In this document: positions 48,301 through 60,300 of the stretch, in pieces
Layout of the letters: every line of letters starts with the position of its first letter
Position numbering within the stretch: the first letter of the stretch is position 1
Origin: Lama guanicoe
Taxonomy: Eukaryota
Direction: 5' to 3'
Assembly (NCBI GenBank): GCA_013239625.1
Contig: MU053379.1
Span: forward strand, 2,400,866 to 2,464,865
DNA: 64,000 nt
The notes under the pieces: generated by a model
The model's input: only the letters and a program-made list of their open reading frames with translations
The model's database searches: none
Told to the model about the DNA's origin: nothing
Made by a program: the position numbers and the translations under genes

Positions 48301-51300
48301 CCCTTCACTTTCGATCATCTCTAGATCACTTATAGTGCCCAGTGCACTGTAAATGCTGTGTAAATAGGCTGTGGGCAGCAAATTCAAGTTTTGCCTTTTG
48401 GAATTCCCTGGAATTATTATTTCCAGAATATTTTCAATCCATGATTGGTTGAATCCCCTGATGTGGAAACCTGCAGATACAGACTGTACAGAAAGCCAGG
48501 CGGCTTTTCTTTTCTTTCTTTTTTTAAAATTGAAGTAGAGTTGATTTACAATGTTGTGTTAGTTTCTGGTGTACAGCAGAATGATTCAGTTATACACATA
48601 TACATATGTGTATATCTTCAATTTAGGTTATTGCAGGCTATTGAATATAGTTCCCTGTGCTGTACAGTAGGACCTTGTTGTTTATCTGTTTTATATATGG
48701 TAGTGTATATCTGCTAATCCCAAACTCCTAATTTATCCCTCCTCCCACTTCCCTTGTGGTAACCATAAGTTTCTTTTCTATGTCTGTGAGTCTATTTATG
48801 TTTTGTAAGTAAATTCATTTATGTCATTTTTTTAGATTCCTCCTATAACTGATATCATGAGACATTTTGTCTTTCTCTGTCTGACTTACTTCGCTTAGCG
48901 TGATGGTCTCCAGGTCCATCTATGTTGCTGCAAATGGCATTCTTTCTTTCTTTTTTTATGACTGAGTAGTATTCTGTTGTATAAATATACTACATCTCCT
49001 TTATCCAGTCATCTGTCCATGTCTTGGCTCTTGTAAATAGTGCTGCTATGAACAATGAGGCACATGTATCCTTTTGAATTGGAGTTTTCTCCAGATGTAT
49101 GCCCCGGCTCGGCATTGGTGGTATAGTGGTTAGCATAGCTGCCTTCCAGATGTATGCCCAGAAGTGGGATTGCTGGGTAGGTTAACTCTGTTTTCAGTCA
49201 GGTGGCTTTTCAATTAATCAAACCAAGTAAACCACAGGTAGCACAGGAGAAAAACATAACAGGCCCGAATCAGTAATCCTGGAGTCCTTTTTCAAAGGCA
49301 CACACTCCCCATTCAACAGGAGCAGAGGGGACTAGTCAGTGGTCTTTGCCGGCTCGCTGGGTGGCAGGTGCACATGGGGTGCTCATGGTGTAGATCTCAG
49401 CCAGTCCTCCCAGCAGCTCCATCAGGAAGCTGTGAACGGCCCCAATTCACAGATGAGAAGGCAGAGGCTCATCTTCTCTCACGGCCGCAAGGTAGAAAAC
49501 CACTCATCTGGACTTCACATCTGCCCAAGGGCCACGGGGACCCTGCGTGGTCTGTCTGCTCTATGAGTAGTTTGCACAGAGGAATGGAGAGGAGTGGCTG
49601 GGTACTCCTGGGGCCGCCCGGAGTCACACCTCAACTCTGCTGAGAAGGGCGGATACACTTCCTGCTGAGAGGCAGAAGCCAGTGGTGGTTCAGGGTCAGG
49701 GCTCAGACTGGACTGAAGTCCCAGCCCGGCTGCCACTCAGCTGTGTGTGCTTGGTCACAGGCCTCAACCCCTCCGTGCCTCAGTTTCTTCATCTGTAGCA
49801 GGGTTACCCAACACTGCCATGCACACCCCACGGACACTCCCTTCCCGCTGGATTTCCACCAGAACCCTGGTCCGGGGTGATGGAAAGGCTGGGGAGGGAA
49901 TGCCCAGCCCACCGGCGGGAAGCCGCCCTCAGGCAGAGACCTCCCCGGGCGGACTGGGACAGCTCCGAGGCTGCCCTGCGCTGTGTCTCTTCCCGGTGGT
50001 GACTGCTTGACAGCACGCACGCCCTGGGCTGCCTGCCCCTGTCCGCGGCCTGTGCTCCCAGACGCCCCTCCCCAGGGAGCTGCTCAGGCCCTTGTCCCTG
50101 GGGGCTTTTGGGAGACCCCGAAGACAAACAGGGCTCATGTGCTCGTGTCAGCTGAAGGCTGGTTCAAATACACATTAAGCGCGTACACATGCTTGAAAAG
50201 CACTGCCGCCTGGTCAGCATCAGTCCGGATCCATCAGCCAGTTACGCGGCCAAAGGAAGTCAGGTGAGCACATAAAGAAAGAGCCAGCTCGTTCTGCCCT
50301 TCCTGTTCGGAGCGAGGCCTGCTGTGCCGTCTCCTGGCTTCACGACCAGGTTCTCCACTGTCCTGGGAAGGTCACTGGACCTCTGAGCCTCGTGTGGATC
50401 TGCAGAACGAGGTGGGACTCGCCCCTCCGTCACAGGGCGAGGCGAGGGCACCCGCCCGGCCCCGCACGACAGGGACTGCGCTAGCAGACGGCCCTCCGCG
50501 TGAGCCATTGTAAGCGTTTCCGTTTCACAGTGGGAGTTCCCCACCAAGAAGGCCCCCCTCTTGCCATCAGACATGAGCTTCTATTTCTCCTACTTTGCTT
50601 TTTCGAAAAAATAATCAGGATACTAGAACTTGACTAAACCAAGAGGTCAGAGGACCTAACCTCCCCTTGGATCTTTGTTGAGTAACTTTAGGTCGCAACC
50701 TGTGCATTTTGAGCATGTTGTTTAGATTCACTGTTAGAATCTTTGGAGAACACTGAGAGCCTTTTTGTTTTAACCATCAGTCGGGTTCAGGCTATTCCTT
50801 CCGTCCTGCCCGCTGTGGGCCATGACTGGATGGCAGTTCAGAAGTTCAGGCAATGACGGTGAGAAAGGGGTGGTGACGGCCAGAGTCACTTAGAAAGAGG
50901 GAACTGGGCTGGCTGCCCAGCCTCCTGGTCACCCCTTCCCGAGACCCGCGCCTTCTCCGAACTTCACCTCCGCCTCTGGGCTCTCGCTTCCCCTTTGGTG
51001 GCAGTGGGTGAGCGGAAAGTGTCCTGGCCTGGCTGATGAGTGGTCTGTCCTGTGATGGTTCCCTGTCTCCTGTCTGACTTTCTCTGGCATCTGTGCTGCT
51101 GATGAGGTGAAGTAAGGGACGGCAGGCTTCACAGCACTAGAGCCCAGTGACTGGAACTCGGCTTATAAATCTGTCTCAGGTCACACTGAGGCAGGAGCCC
51201 CAGGCCACTCCACGCCCTGGACTTTGGGACCAGTGGAGAAGATGTCTGTAAATTTTTTCAGAAACTTTATTTCCATTTATTTACTCAGTTAGTAGTCGGT

Positions 51301-54300
51301 GTCTAACACTCAGAATTCTGTACCTCAGACAGTTCTCCAGGATTTTCTTATTTCTCTGTTTGTAGATGGACACAGTCGCCACAACCAGAGTTCTTGGGTG
51401 TGAATCCCCGCCCCCCCGTTTTGCCATCCGCGTGGCATCAATCTCTCTGGGGTTCAGTTTCCTCATCTATAAAATGAAGAGATAATAGTCCTCCCTCCAT
51501 GGGTTTGTTGGAGGATGTCCTCACATCTTGAGTGCAGAACAGCATCATTCTTGGATTCTTGGATTTTAAAGCAACCGGAGGTGGGGGAGGGTGTGGCTCA
51601 GTGGGAGAGCGACTGCTTAGCATGACGAGATCCTGGGTTCAATCCCCAGTACCGCCATTGAAATAAATAAGTAAACCTAATCACGTCCTCCCCACCCCCC
51701 AAAATTTTTTTAAATGAATAAAGCAATCAGAGATGATGGAAAATAGCAGATAGTAGTCGTTTACAAGCAATATGATAGGTCTGCTCTTTCCTTTTATTCT
51801 GAGCTAGCCCACAAGCTGAAAGATTTTTCTGTTCCTTTTGTTCCATAAAATCGTTTTTCCCTCTTGCTTCGGGGGCAGGACCTGGTTTTCCTATTGGAGA
51901 GAACCAGTCGGGGACTTCTTTTTTCCTAGTCATTATGTTTATTAAGGATTTGCAAGGGTGGGGAGGAGTGGTTAGGAGTTAAGTTCTGAAAAAGAATGCA
52001 AAGAGACCAGTCTTTCTTATTTCTAAATTATGGCCTTTAAAAAATGTACTGAAACAATTTTTTTTCCTTTGGGGTTTTAAGGGAGTGAGCACACGGCAGT
52101 GGGTCCTGGGTTTCAGCTCTCCTAGCAGACTTCCACAGTCCCACCGGTTTCTGAGGGTGGAGTGTACAGTGCAAAGGCCAGAATCCCTTCCCTGGGGACG
52201 AGGGTGAGTTGCACAAGGGACCCTCAGCCTGCTGGTGACCATCTTTCTGCTGCTGCCCCCCAGGCACAGCACAGAATCTTTCAGAGTGATTTGTGTGACT
52301 GCTCTGGCCCAGAGGTGATCAGTCTGGCTCTGAAGTTAAAAGTCGCCCTTGGGGTTCAAGGTGGAAATCCCAGGCTGGTCTCCAGCAGGTGTTTTCCGTG
52401 GGTTGATTTATCCCGCGGTTATTGAGGGTGAACTTACATCCATAAAGTGTGCAGGTCTCAAGTGCTCACTCAGCACGACGATTTTCACACATGTCACCAC
52501 CACCCAGATCCAGACACAGAACGTCTCCCCCTCCCACAGCCCCGCTTACTCCCAGTCCTGGCTTCTGTCGTCGCAGGCTGGTTCTTCCCACTCTTGAACT
52601 TGGCAAAGATGACGCTCATCCGTGTCCGGCTTCTTTGTCCTCTGAGACTCAGCCAGCCGTGTCTGGAGCTGCAGCGTGCTCTTCCAGGGAATGACTCTTC
52701 CATTGTCTGAACTCAATTTCCTGGATTCCACTGTGCGGATGTGTCCTGGCGCCCATGCCATTGGGAGGGGCCTTTGCGTTGTCTGCAGTTTGGGGCTATT
52801 ATGAATAATGCTGCCACCAGCATTCACATGCGTTCCTGATGCACGATGGACGTGATGTTCGTCCCCCCTTGTTGGCCTCCTTTTAAACAGAGTGGTGATT
52901 ACCAGGAATGCAGCTTCAGAATCTTTGTGTGGAGGGACCGGTCAATGTTTATGAACTTGAGCTCTAGAACGAAGAGACCATTTACTTTGAAAAGCAGTAG
53001 TGGGGAGGGTATAGCTCAGTGGTAGAGCATGTGCTTAGCATGCACAAGGTCCTGGGTTCAATCCCCAGAACCTCCATTAGTAAATAAATAAATAAATAAG
53101 CCTAATTACCTACCCCCAAAAAAACTATTAAAAAAAGATAAAGACAAAAAAGAATGAAAAGCAGCTTGGTTGGTTGTGCGTCTTCAAGCAAACCATTACT
53201 ATCTCCAAGCCTCAGTTTCCTCATCTGTAAAAAGGGCCTAATAGTAGTACTGTGCAAAAATAATAGAGTTGTTGTTAAGAATTAGATGAGATAATGAGCT
53301 AAAGCCCAGCCTGGCTGAGCACTGCGTGTTAATTGCTGTTACCGACTTTTCATCAGAATGACCATTTGGGGTGAAGTCAGAGACGCTCTAAGACTTTATA
53401 TAAGTTTGTTAACACGACAGAACCAATGCAGACCAACTAATTTGTTTTAATCCCAGATGTGAACTGAAAATGTTCTGTTTTTTATCTTACTTAATAACCT
53501 CTTTTGCTTCAACCTTGAATGTCTGGAGTGATATAAACCCTGTATTTAAACAAAGAGATCTCCTGATGGGAGATGTGGAAGTGGAGGAACAAAGGAAACC
53601 TTGAGCCAGGAAAGTTGGCTGTCATGGGATCAGCACCAGCTCGCGGCATCAGTTTGAACTTTGGGTTGTGGGACAATTTTTTTGGTGTCTGTGTGCCTGG
53701 CTTAGATTTATCCTTGTCCCTGACCTTCTAATAATTGGGGATGATTTGGAGTCAATGTGATCTGATGCTGTGTCAGGAATTCCACAGGCCAGAGGGGGAG
53801 CTTGACCGTTCCCACGGATCTGTGGGCTTCCGACATGAAAGGACGTCAAATGTCAGATACTCCGTGTGGCTGTTACCCGGCTCACTTTGACGAGCGTGTG
53901 AAACATTTGAGACGGAAAAACTAATGTTGAGGAAGCTGAGAGCTTATCTTTGTGCAAACCATCTCCAGCCCAGACCTCCTCCAGGTTCACGGTCCCAGTC
54001 ACTGTGCTGTCAGCCGTGTGAGCTACTCCCTGGGCAAAACCGTGCAGAGGAAGAGGGGACAGGAAGGCCTCCCGCACCTGGGGGCGCCTCCTCGCTCTGA
54101 GCAGAGACACGCTTCAGGACTTCTTCAATGTTTGTTTTGAAATCATTTCAGATGTAGACAAAAGTTGCAAAAAACGGTATGAAGAAACCATGTCTGCCCT
54201 TTACCCAGAGTCCCCAGTGTTAGCGCTTTGCCCAGCTTGCTTCGCCCCTTGTCTTTCTCTGTTTACACGCACACAGGAACATGCACGAACGCGCGAGTGC

Positions 54301-57300
54301 ATACACACGCACACACACCTTTTTTTCTGGGCTACTTGCAGGCACTGTGTCCCTTTATCCCTAAATACTCAGTGTGAACTTCCTGAAAACAGGGCCATTG
54401 TGTTACAGAATTGCAGTAAAATTAACACTGCTTCAGTGCGAACAGGATTACCTAACCTGCGGGCTTTATTCAAATCTCATCTAATATCCCACTCATGTCC
54501 TTTTTGGCAAATGAAATAAAGACTTATATTTGGTCCAGAATCCAATCCAAGATAGCATGTATGTTTAGTTGTCCCCCCGCCCCAGGAAATGTTTTAAGGG
54601 ACCTGGATCCCTTGCTGTTAAAAAACCCTGCCTTTAACCTAGTTGCTTATCTGTCAGGTGAATCCTCAGTGGAAGGGCGAGGTCAAAAGAACGTCTTCGA
54701 GAATATTCAGCTGTGTTTACGGGTGTGGGGGTGTAGAAGTTGTTAAAAAAATATGTTCCATTGTACTGATTGTGTGCAAGGGAGGCTGGAACACTTCATT
54801 AGGGAATAGTCACTCTTCCTGGCTTTACAGAAAAAAAAAATGTTGGTGTGTGAGTTGGTGCTAAATTCGGTGGGTTGAGTGCGAAGTTGGGACATGTCTG
54901 CCCTCTAACCAGCGGGCGGGGTTGGAGGTGTCCTTTCCGAGAAAGCAGACCTTGCATTTCTCCTTTCTGCGGACCATGGTCACATAGCTGCGCTTCCTTT
55001 GGCAGATGTGGTGTTGGAGAAAGCCATGCACAAGTGCATCTTGAAGCCTCTGAAGGGCCACGTCGAGGCCATGCTGAAGGACTTCCACGTGGCTGACGGC
55101 TCGTGGAAACAGCTCAAGGAGAACCTGCAGCTGGTGCGGCAGAGGAACCCCCAGGAGCTGGGCGTCTTCGCCCCCACCCCTGACTTGGTGGATGTGGAGA
55201 AAATCAAAGTCAAGTTCATGACCATGCAGAAGATGTATTCGCCAGAAAAGAAAGTCATGCTGCTGCTGCGGGTCTGCAAGCTCATCTACACCGTCATGGA
55301 GAACAACTCAGGTGAGGCGGGTCGGGCTTCCTGGCTCCCAGATGCTCACTTTCTGCCTCTACTCCTCTCCCCCCGGGGGCTCACGAAAACACTGTGTACT
55401 CCGGCCTCTGGCAAATTAGTCAGCATGCAACAGAGTAATTGCACGAAGAAACTCAGCGCAGGAGGGCAACAGCAATGTTGTACGATGCCAATTTTAAGAA
55501 GATTTAGTCCCAGGGAGTAGGTACAGATTCAGTCTCTGGAGTCTGAGTTCCAGGCCAAGCTCTGTGCACGGGTTAGTTAAGTGTGGGACTTGGCCCCCTT
55601 CATCAACCTCCCCAGCTGCCGTTTCTGCACCTCTGGTGGGTATGACCCTGTCCTTCTTCAGTGCATGTGCATGAACATTAGTGCTTACTCTTGTCATTGG
55701 CCCATGAGGGTTTGTGTCAGTGATTTGTAGCATTTGTCAGAAACTTGGAGCGCTCGGCTATGACGTGGCTTCGTTGCAGCCATGTCATTGGCTGTGGCTT
55801 CTTGGCTACAAGCTGAAGCAATGTGATGGGAGTTCACGTACATTTCAGAGCAGGGAGTCAGCTCTTGGGTTTCCCCTGTGCTGCTTCTTGCAGAGGCAGG
55901 GGTTCCCATGATTCATGGGTAATGATCAGCCTTGCGATGTGCCGGGGCTCTGGTGAGCCTTTTTAATTCCGTACATGATTCCAACTTTTCCTCTGAAATT
56001 GCTTGATGGAGAAGCAACAGAGGGAAAACACAGGCTCTGTTAACCACTGCTGAAGTAGGTAGTCATGTGTGGGCACTTTGCAGATCATGGAACAGAGACA
56101 TTAAGATGTGAGCTCTGAGTGGAGGTGTAGCTCAGGGGCAGAGCACGTGCTTAGCATGCAGGAAGTCCCAGGTTCAATCCTCAGTACCTCCATTTAAAAA
56201 TAATAATAATAAATTGAGTTACCTCCCCTCCAGAAAAAGATTAAAAGAAATTAAAAACAAGAGAAAGACCTGAGCTCTTGGTCTGCTCATAATAGCAGAT
56301 GAACATTGCCTCTGAGATGTGACGCCTACTTCACATACAAGAGGTGCATTTTCTGTGGTTCACAAAGTCATTTGTGAAGTCTCCAAATTACGTCTGTACG
56401 GGACTGTGTCCTTCGGAAGCGCACTTTCTCAGCCTCAGCACTGGCGACATTAAAACTGGAGGATTCTTTGCGGTGGGGCTGTCCTGCCTCCCGTAGGAAG
56501 TTTATGGGCATCTGGATGCCGCGAGCACGCCCGCCCTTCAGCCATGACAATGAAAAGTGTCTGCAGACAGTGCCAGACTCCCCGGGGGGCAAAGTCACCC
56601 CGAGCTGAGAATCTCTGTTATAATAGCAGCAAGGACCAGACATTTTTTGCCATATGTTCATTATATGCATCTATTCAACGCATGCTGAATTAACACATTT
56701 AAGTAAATTAAATGTGCGCTCACCTTGAAGACAGAGAAGGAACAGGTTATTCCTTGATTGAGTTTGGTCCTGTCATTGTTTATAATTAATTTTTAAATCT
56801 TGTTTTTTATTATTTCTTTGAGGGGGGAGGTGATTAGGGCTTGTTTGTGTGTTTTAGTGGACGTGCTGGGGATTGAACCCAGGACCCCATGCGTGCTAAG
56901 CACACGCTCTACCACTGAGCTATGGCCTCCCCGATCTGTTTATAATTAATTTGCACAGCAAACAGGACACAAAGGATCAACACAATAAGTAGACACTTTG
57001 CAAGTGTTTTATCACATCACTTGCTGAAAAGTTAAACTATTTAAAAGTACTCTTGTTCTATTGCACAAGTTGGTGCAATTCGCAAAAATGGGGAGAAAAA
57101 TCTTCCCTGTGTTCATTGACTCAGGCACTCGTTCTGAAATTTTGAGTTAGGGTTGGTCCCTGCCAGGAGCAGTGTGGAGGGGCGTGGGACACAGGGAATT
57201 CCAGAAACACCCACCTCTGTTTATAAATAGCACATTTCCCCAGCATGACTCCTCGCTGTCTAATAAAAGCAGCAAGGAGGATATGAAAGAAAGATGGGTA

Positions 57301-60300
57301 GAAATCATCCCGTCTCCCCCTTCCCGCCCCCAGGGAGGATGTACGGAGCTGACGACTTTCTGCCGGTCCTGACCTACGTCATAGCTCAGTGCGACATGCT
57401 GGAGCTGGACGCCGAGGTCGAGTACATGATGGAGCTCCTGGACCCATCGCTGCTCCACGGGGAAGGTAACCGGCTCTCGGAGAAGCGGGAGGAGCTGGGT
57501 GCTTTCTGTCAGTTTCTTTTACATTTTCTTTTTTCTTTTTTAATTGAGGTGAAGTTTATATAACATAAACTTAACCATTTTAAAGTGAACAATTCAATAG
57601 CATTTAGTCCACTCACAGTTTCGAGCTACCTTCCGCCTCTGTTTAGTACCAAAACATTTTCATCCCCCCAAAGTAAAACCCCATGCCATTCAGCATCATG
57701 TGGGTGCTTTATTTTTTAACTGAACTATACTCGATTTATCTGGTGTATAGCACAGTGATTCAGTTACACACACATATATATTCCTTTTCATATTCTGTTT
57801 CATTATAGGTTACTACAAGATGTTGACTGTAGTTCCCTGAGCTGTACAGTGGGACCATGTTGTTTATCTGTTTTATGCACAGTAGTGTGTATCTGCTAAT
57901 CCCCAGCTCCTAGTTTATTTCCTCCCCCTCTTGACATCTTAAGGGTTAATGGCCTTTTAATTTTATCCATTTATAAGAAGGTGCTGGCTTTCTTCTGATT
58001 ACAAAAGCAAACCATATTCATTGTAGAAAATTTCGGGAAGTCAGAAAAACACACAAAAAATGTAACCCTGCCGTCATTATACTCTGCTGAGATTGGTTAA
58101 TTGCAGTACAAAAACTACCATTCCACAGAATAAACTAAATGGCATTTTTAAAAAGAAATGCCTTCTTTGATTCCAAGAGGAAGCCGTAAACTCTCATTGG
58201 AGAGTATTTCCACTGCCAGAAGAATGGTGAAGGCCTGTCTTTTGTTTTCATCTTTATTTTTGACATTTGGTTTTCGAGATGAAAACAGCATTGATTTTCT
58301 TTTCTGTTTAAAAGGTATATCTGCCCGTCGTTCAAGTAACCCTGCCGTGGAGCAAGATCCGGGCAGGGTGCTTTCAGCTGATTGTTGGTCGGGTTTCCTT
58401 CCTGTGTCTGCCTGACCCCGACATGTCTTCACAGAGAATCCCCTCCTTACGCACCGGTTAGGAATTTTATCTCAGGAATCGCTGGGGTGTTTGTCACTGT
58501 GGTGCGCAGGCTTGAAGAGCAGAAATAACTGGGCTCTTGTGCGAGCTTGTCTCCTTCAAGGCGAAGAGATTGGAGCCATTGCCGCGTGCATCCTGACTGC
58601 CCCTGTCCGTGTGTCCCTGTCGGAGCCCAGATAGACCCCGAGTGGTGAATTGTTGCATAATTTATTTTTCTCCAGTGAGTTTAGTCTGGGCTTGAGTAAA
58701 AAGGTCCACGGCAATGGGGTCCCCCCAGGGAATGCATCATCCTGGGATTTTCCCTGTAGGAAACTTCAATGCACTGTCACCCCTGGAGCGTGTCCCTTAG
58801 TTCCCTAGGTCCTCAGGGCTTGGCTCTCTTCCAGAGGATCGGTCCTCCCGGGCCCCGAGGTCTCCATTCCGCCCTGTAGGGAGGACACTGACTCGGAATC
58901 CTTGATGACTATCTTTCCATTCTGTGATTGAGCCTCTCCATCCTTTTACCTCTCTCCCGCCCCCACCCCTTTAATCTCCCTTCATTAATATTCACAACAC
59001 TGGGGCCAGACCTTCTGGGCCCCTAGACCCTGCCTGGAAACCTCCCCCAGGTCCCCACCCCTGCCCTGGGACTTCAGGGGGCAGGGCAGGGAAGCACGGG
59101 GCTTTGTCCAGGAACCAAGAGGAGCGCACGTTCAACTCCGTGCTGCGGTCTTCCTTTCTCCCACTGCATTATTATTACCATTTTTTATGCATCTGAGGTT
59201 TTTTTGAGTTGCAATCATGTTTAATTCTAGTCAGAAGTAGGTTGACCTCTTGGGGCTTTGGGGAAAGTGCATGCCAGTTTCACTCAGAAAATTACTGCTC
59301 TGTTGCTGACAGCGTGTACTTGGGACAGACATATGCTTACATCATGTGGCCTGAGGATCGAGACGGCCACTTCCTGCCACCTCTTCCAGCCACCTCTTCC
59401 AGCGTTTCCCCAGAGTCCAGCACTGCCCTGGGCGTGATGGTGACAGATGGGCAGGTGGCTGTTGTCACGTCTGGGAATCAGAGAGAAAGCAAGGACCCGG
59501 GGGAGGGTAGAGCTCAGTGGTAGAGCCCACGCTTAGCGAGCACAAGGTCCTGGGTTCATCTCTGCTCCGCCGCCCTCCCAGCCTTGCAGCCTGCCTGCTG
59601 CCCAAAGCGCTCTTTGGTTTGCGGGACCGCAGCCCACGTCTGTTTTCTGCTGTTTAAGTGGGTAGTTTCATTTACGGAAAAGGCGTCATAGAAAACCTTT
59701 TACGTGCACAGCCCTTATGGCAGGGTTGTAGTTTTGCTGAAATTTAAACCTTCCCCTAATTACATCCACGTGTTTCAAAGTGTGGACAGTTTTGTGCTTC
59801 CAGCATTTTGAGTTTCCCCTTAGTGGCCTGAACTGTGAGCCATGGAGTCTAAAATTTGACGTCCAAAGGAAACAGCTGCCTCCCAGACTCGGCCGTCACT
59901 TTACCTCCAAATCCCCTCTCCAGTACTGACACCTCCACAAGCCTCTCTTGAATACTGAAGTCCACATCAAGTCCTCCTGAAATCCTCTGTGTAGCATTTA
60001 AATTCCATACCGCTGAGTTTTCACATTTAATCATCTGATTTGCTCATGAGGCAAATATTTAGTACAAAATCAGCTACTCAAAACTCTGTACTACATACAG
60101 TGGGGGCTGCCTTGGGAACTTACACCCAGGTGGTGGAGCCGGTAAACTGTTCAAATGACTCTTAACAAAAAGCCCAGGGGGTGGATACAGCTCAGTGTTG
60201 GAGTGCACGCTTAGCATGCATGAGATCCTGGGTTCAACCCCCAGTACCTCCATCAAAAAAAAAAAGCCTGACATGTGATGTGTTCATGGAAAGTGCACCG

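Noticed and set aside
53002..53075. Functional tRNA-Ala genes at the SINE heads
   Set aside because: Acceptor stems are altered, and the copies carry SINE tails, TSDs and dispersed divergence, so they are SINEs.
53786..53802. Weaker CTCF-like G-rich motifs (also about 22495 and 39277)
   Set aside because: Mismatches at core positions; common by chance in GC-rich DNA.
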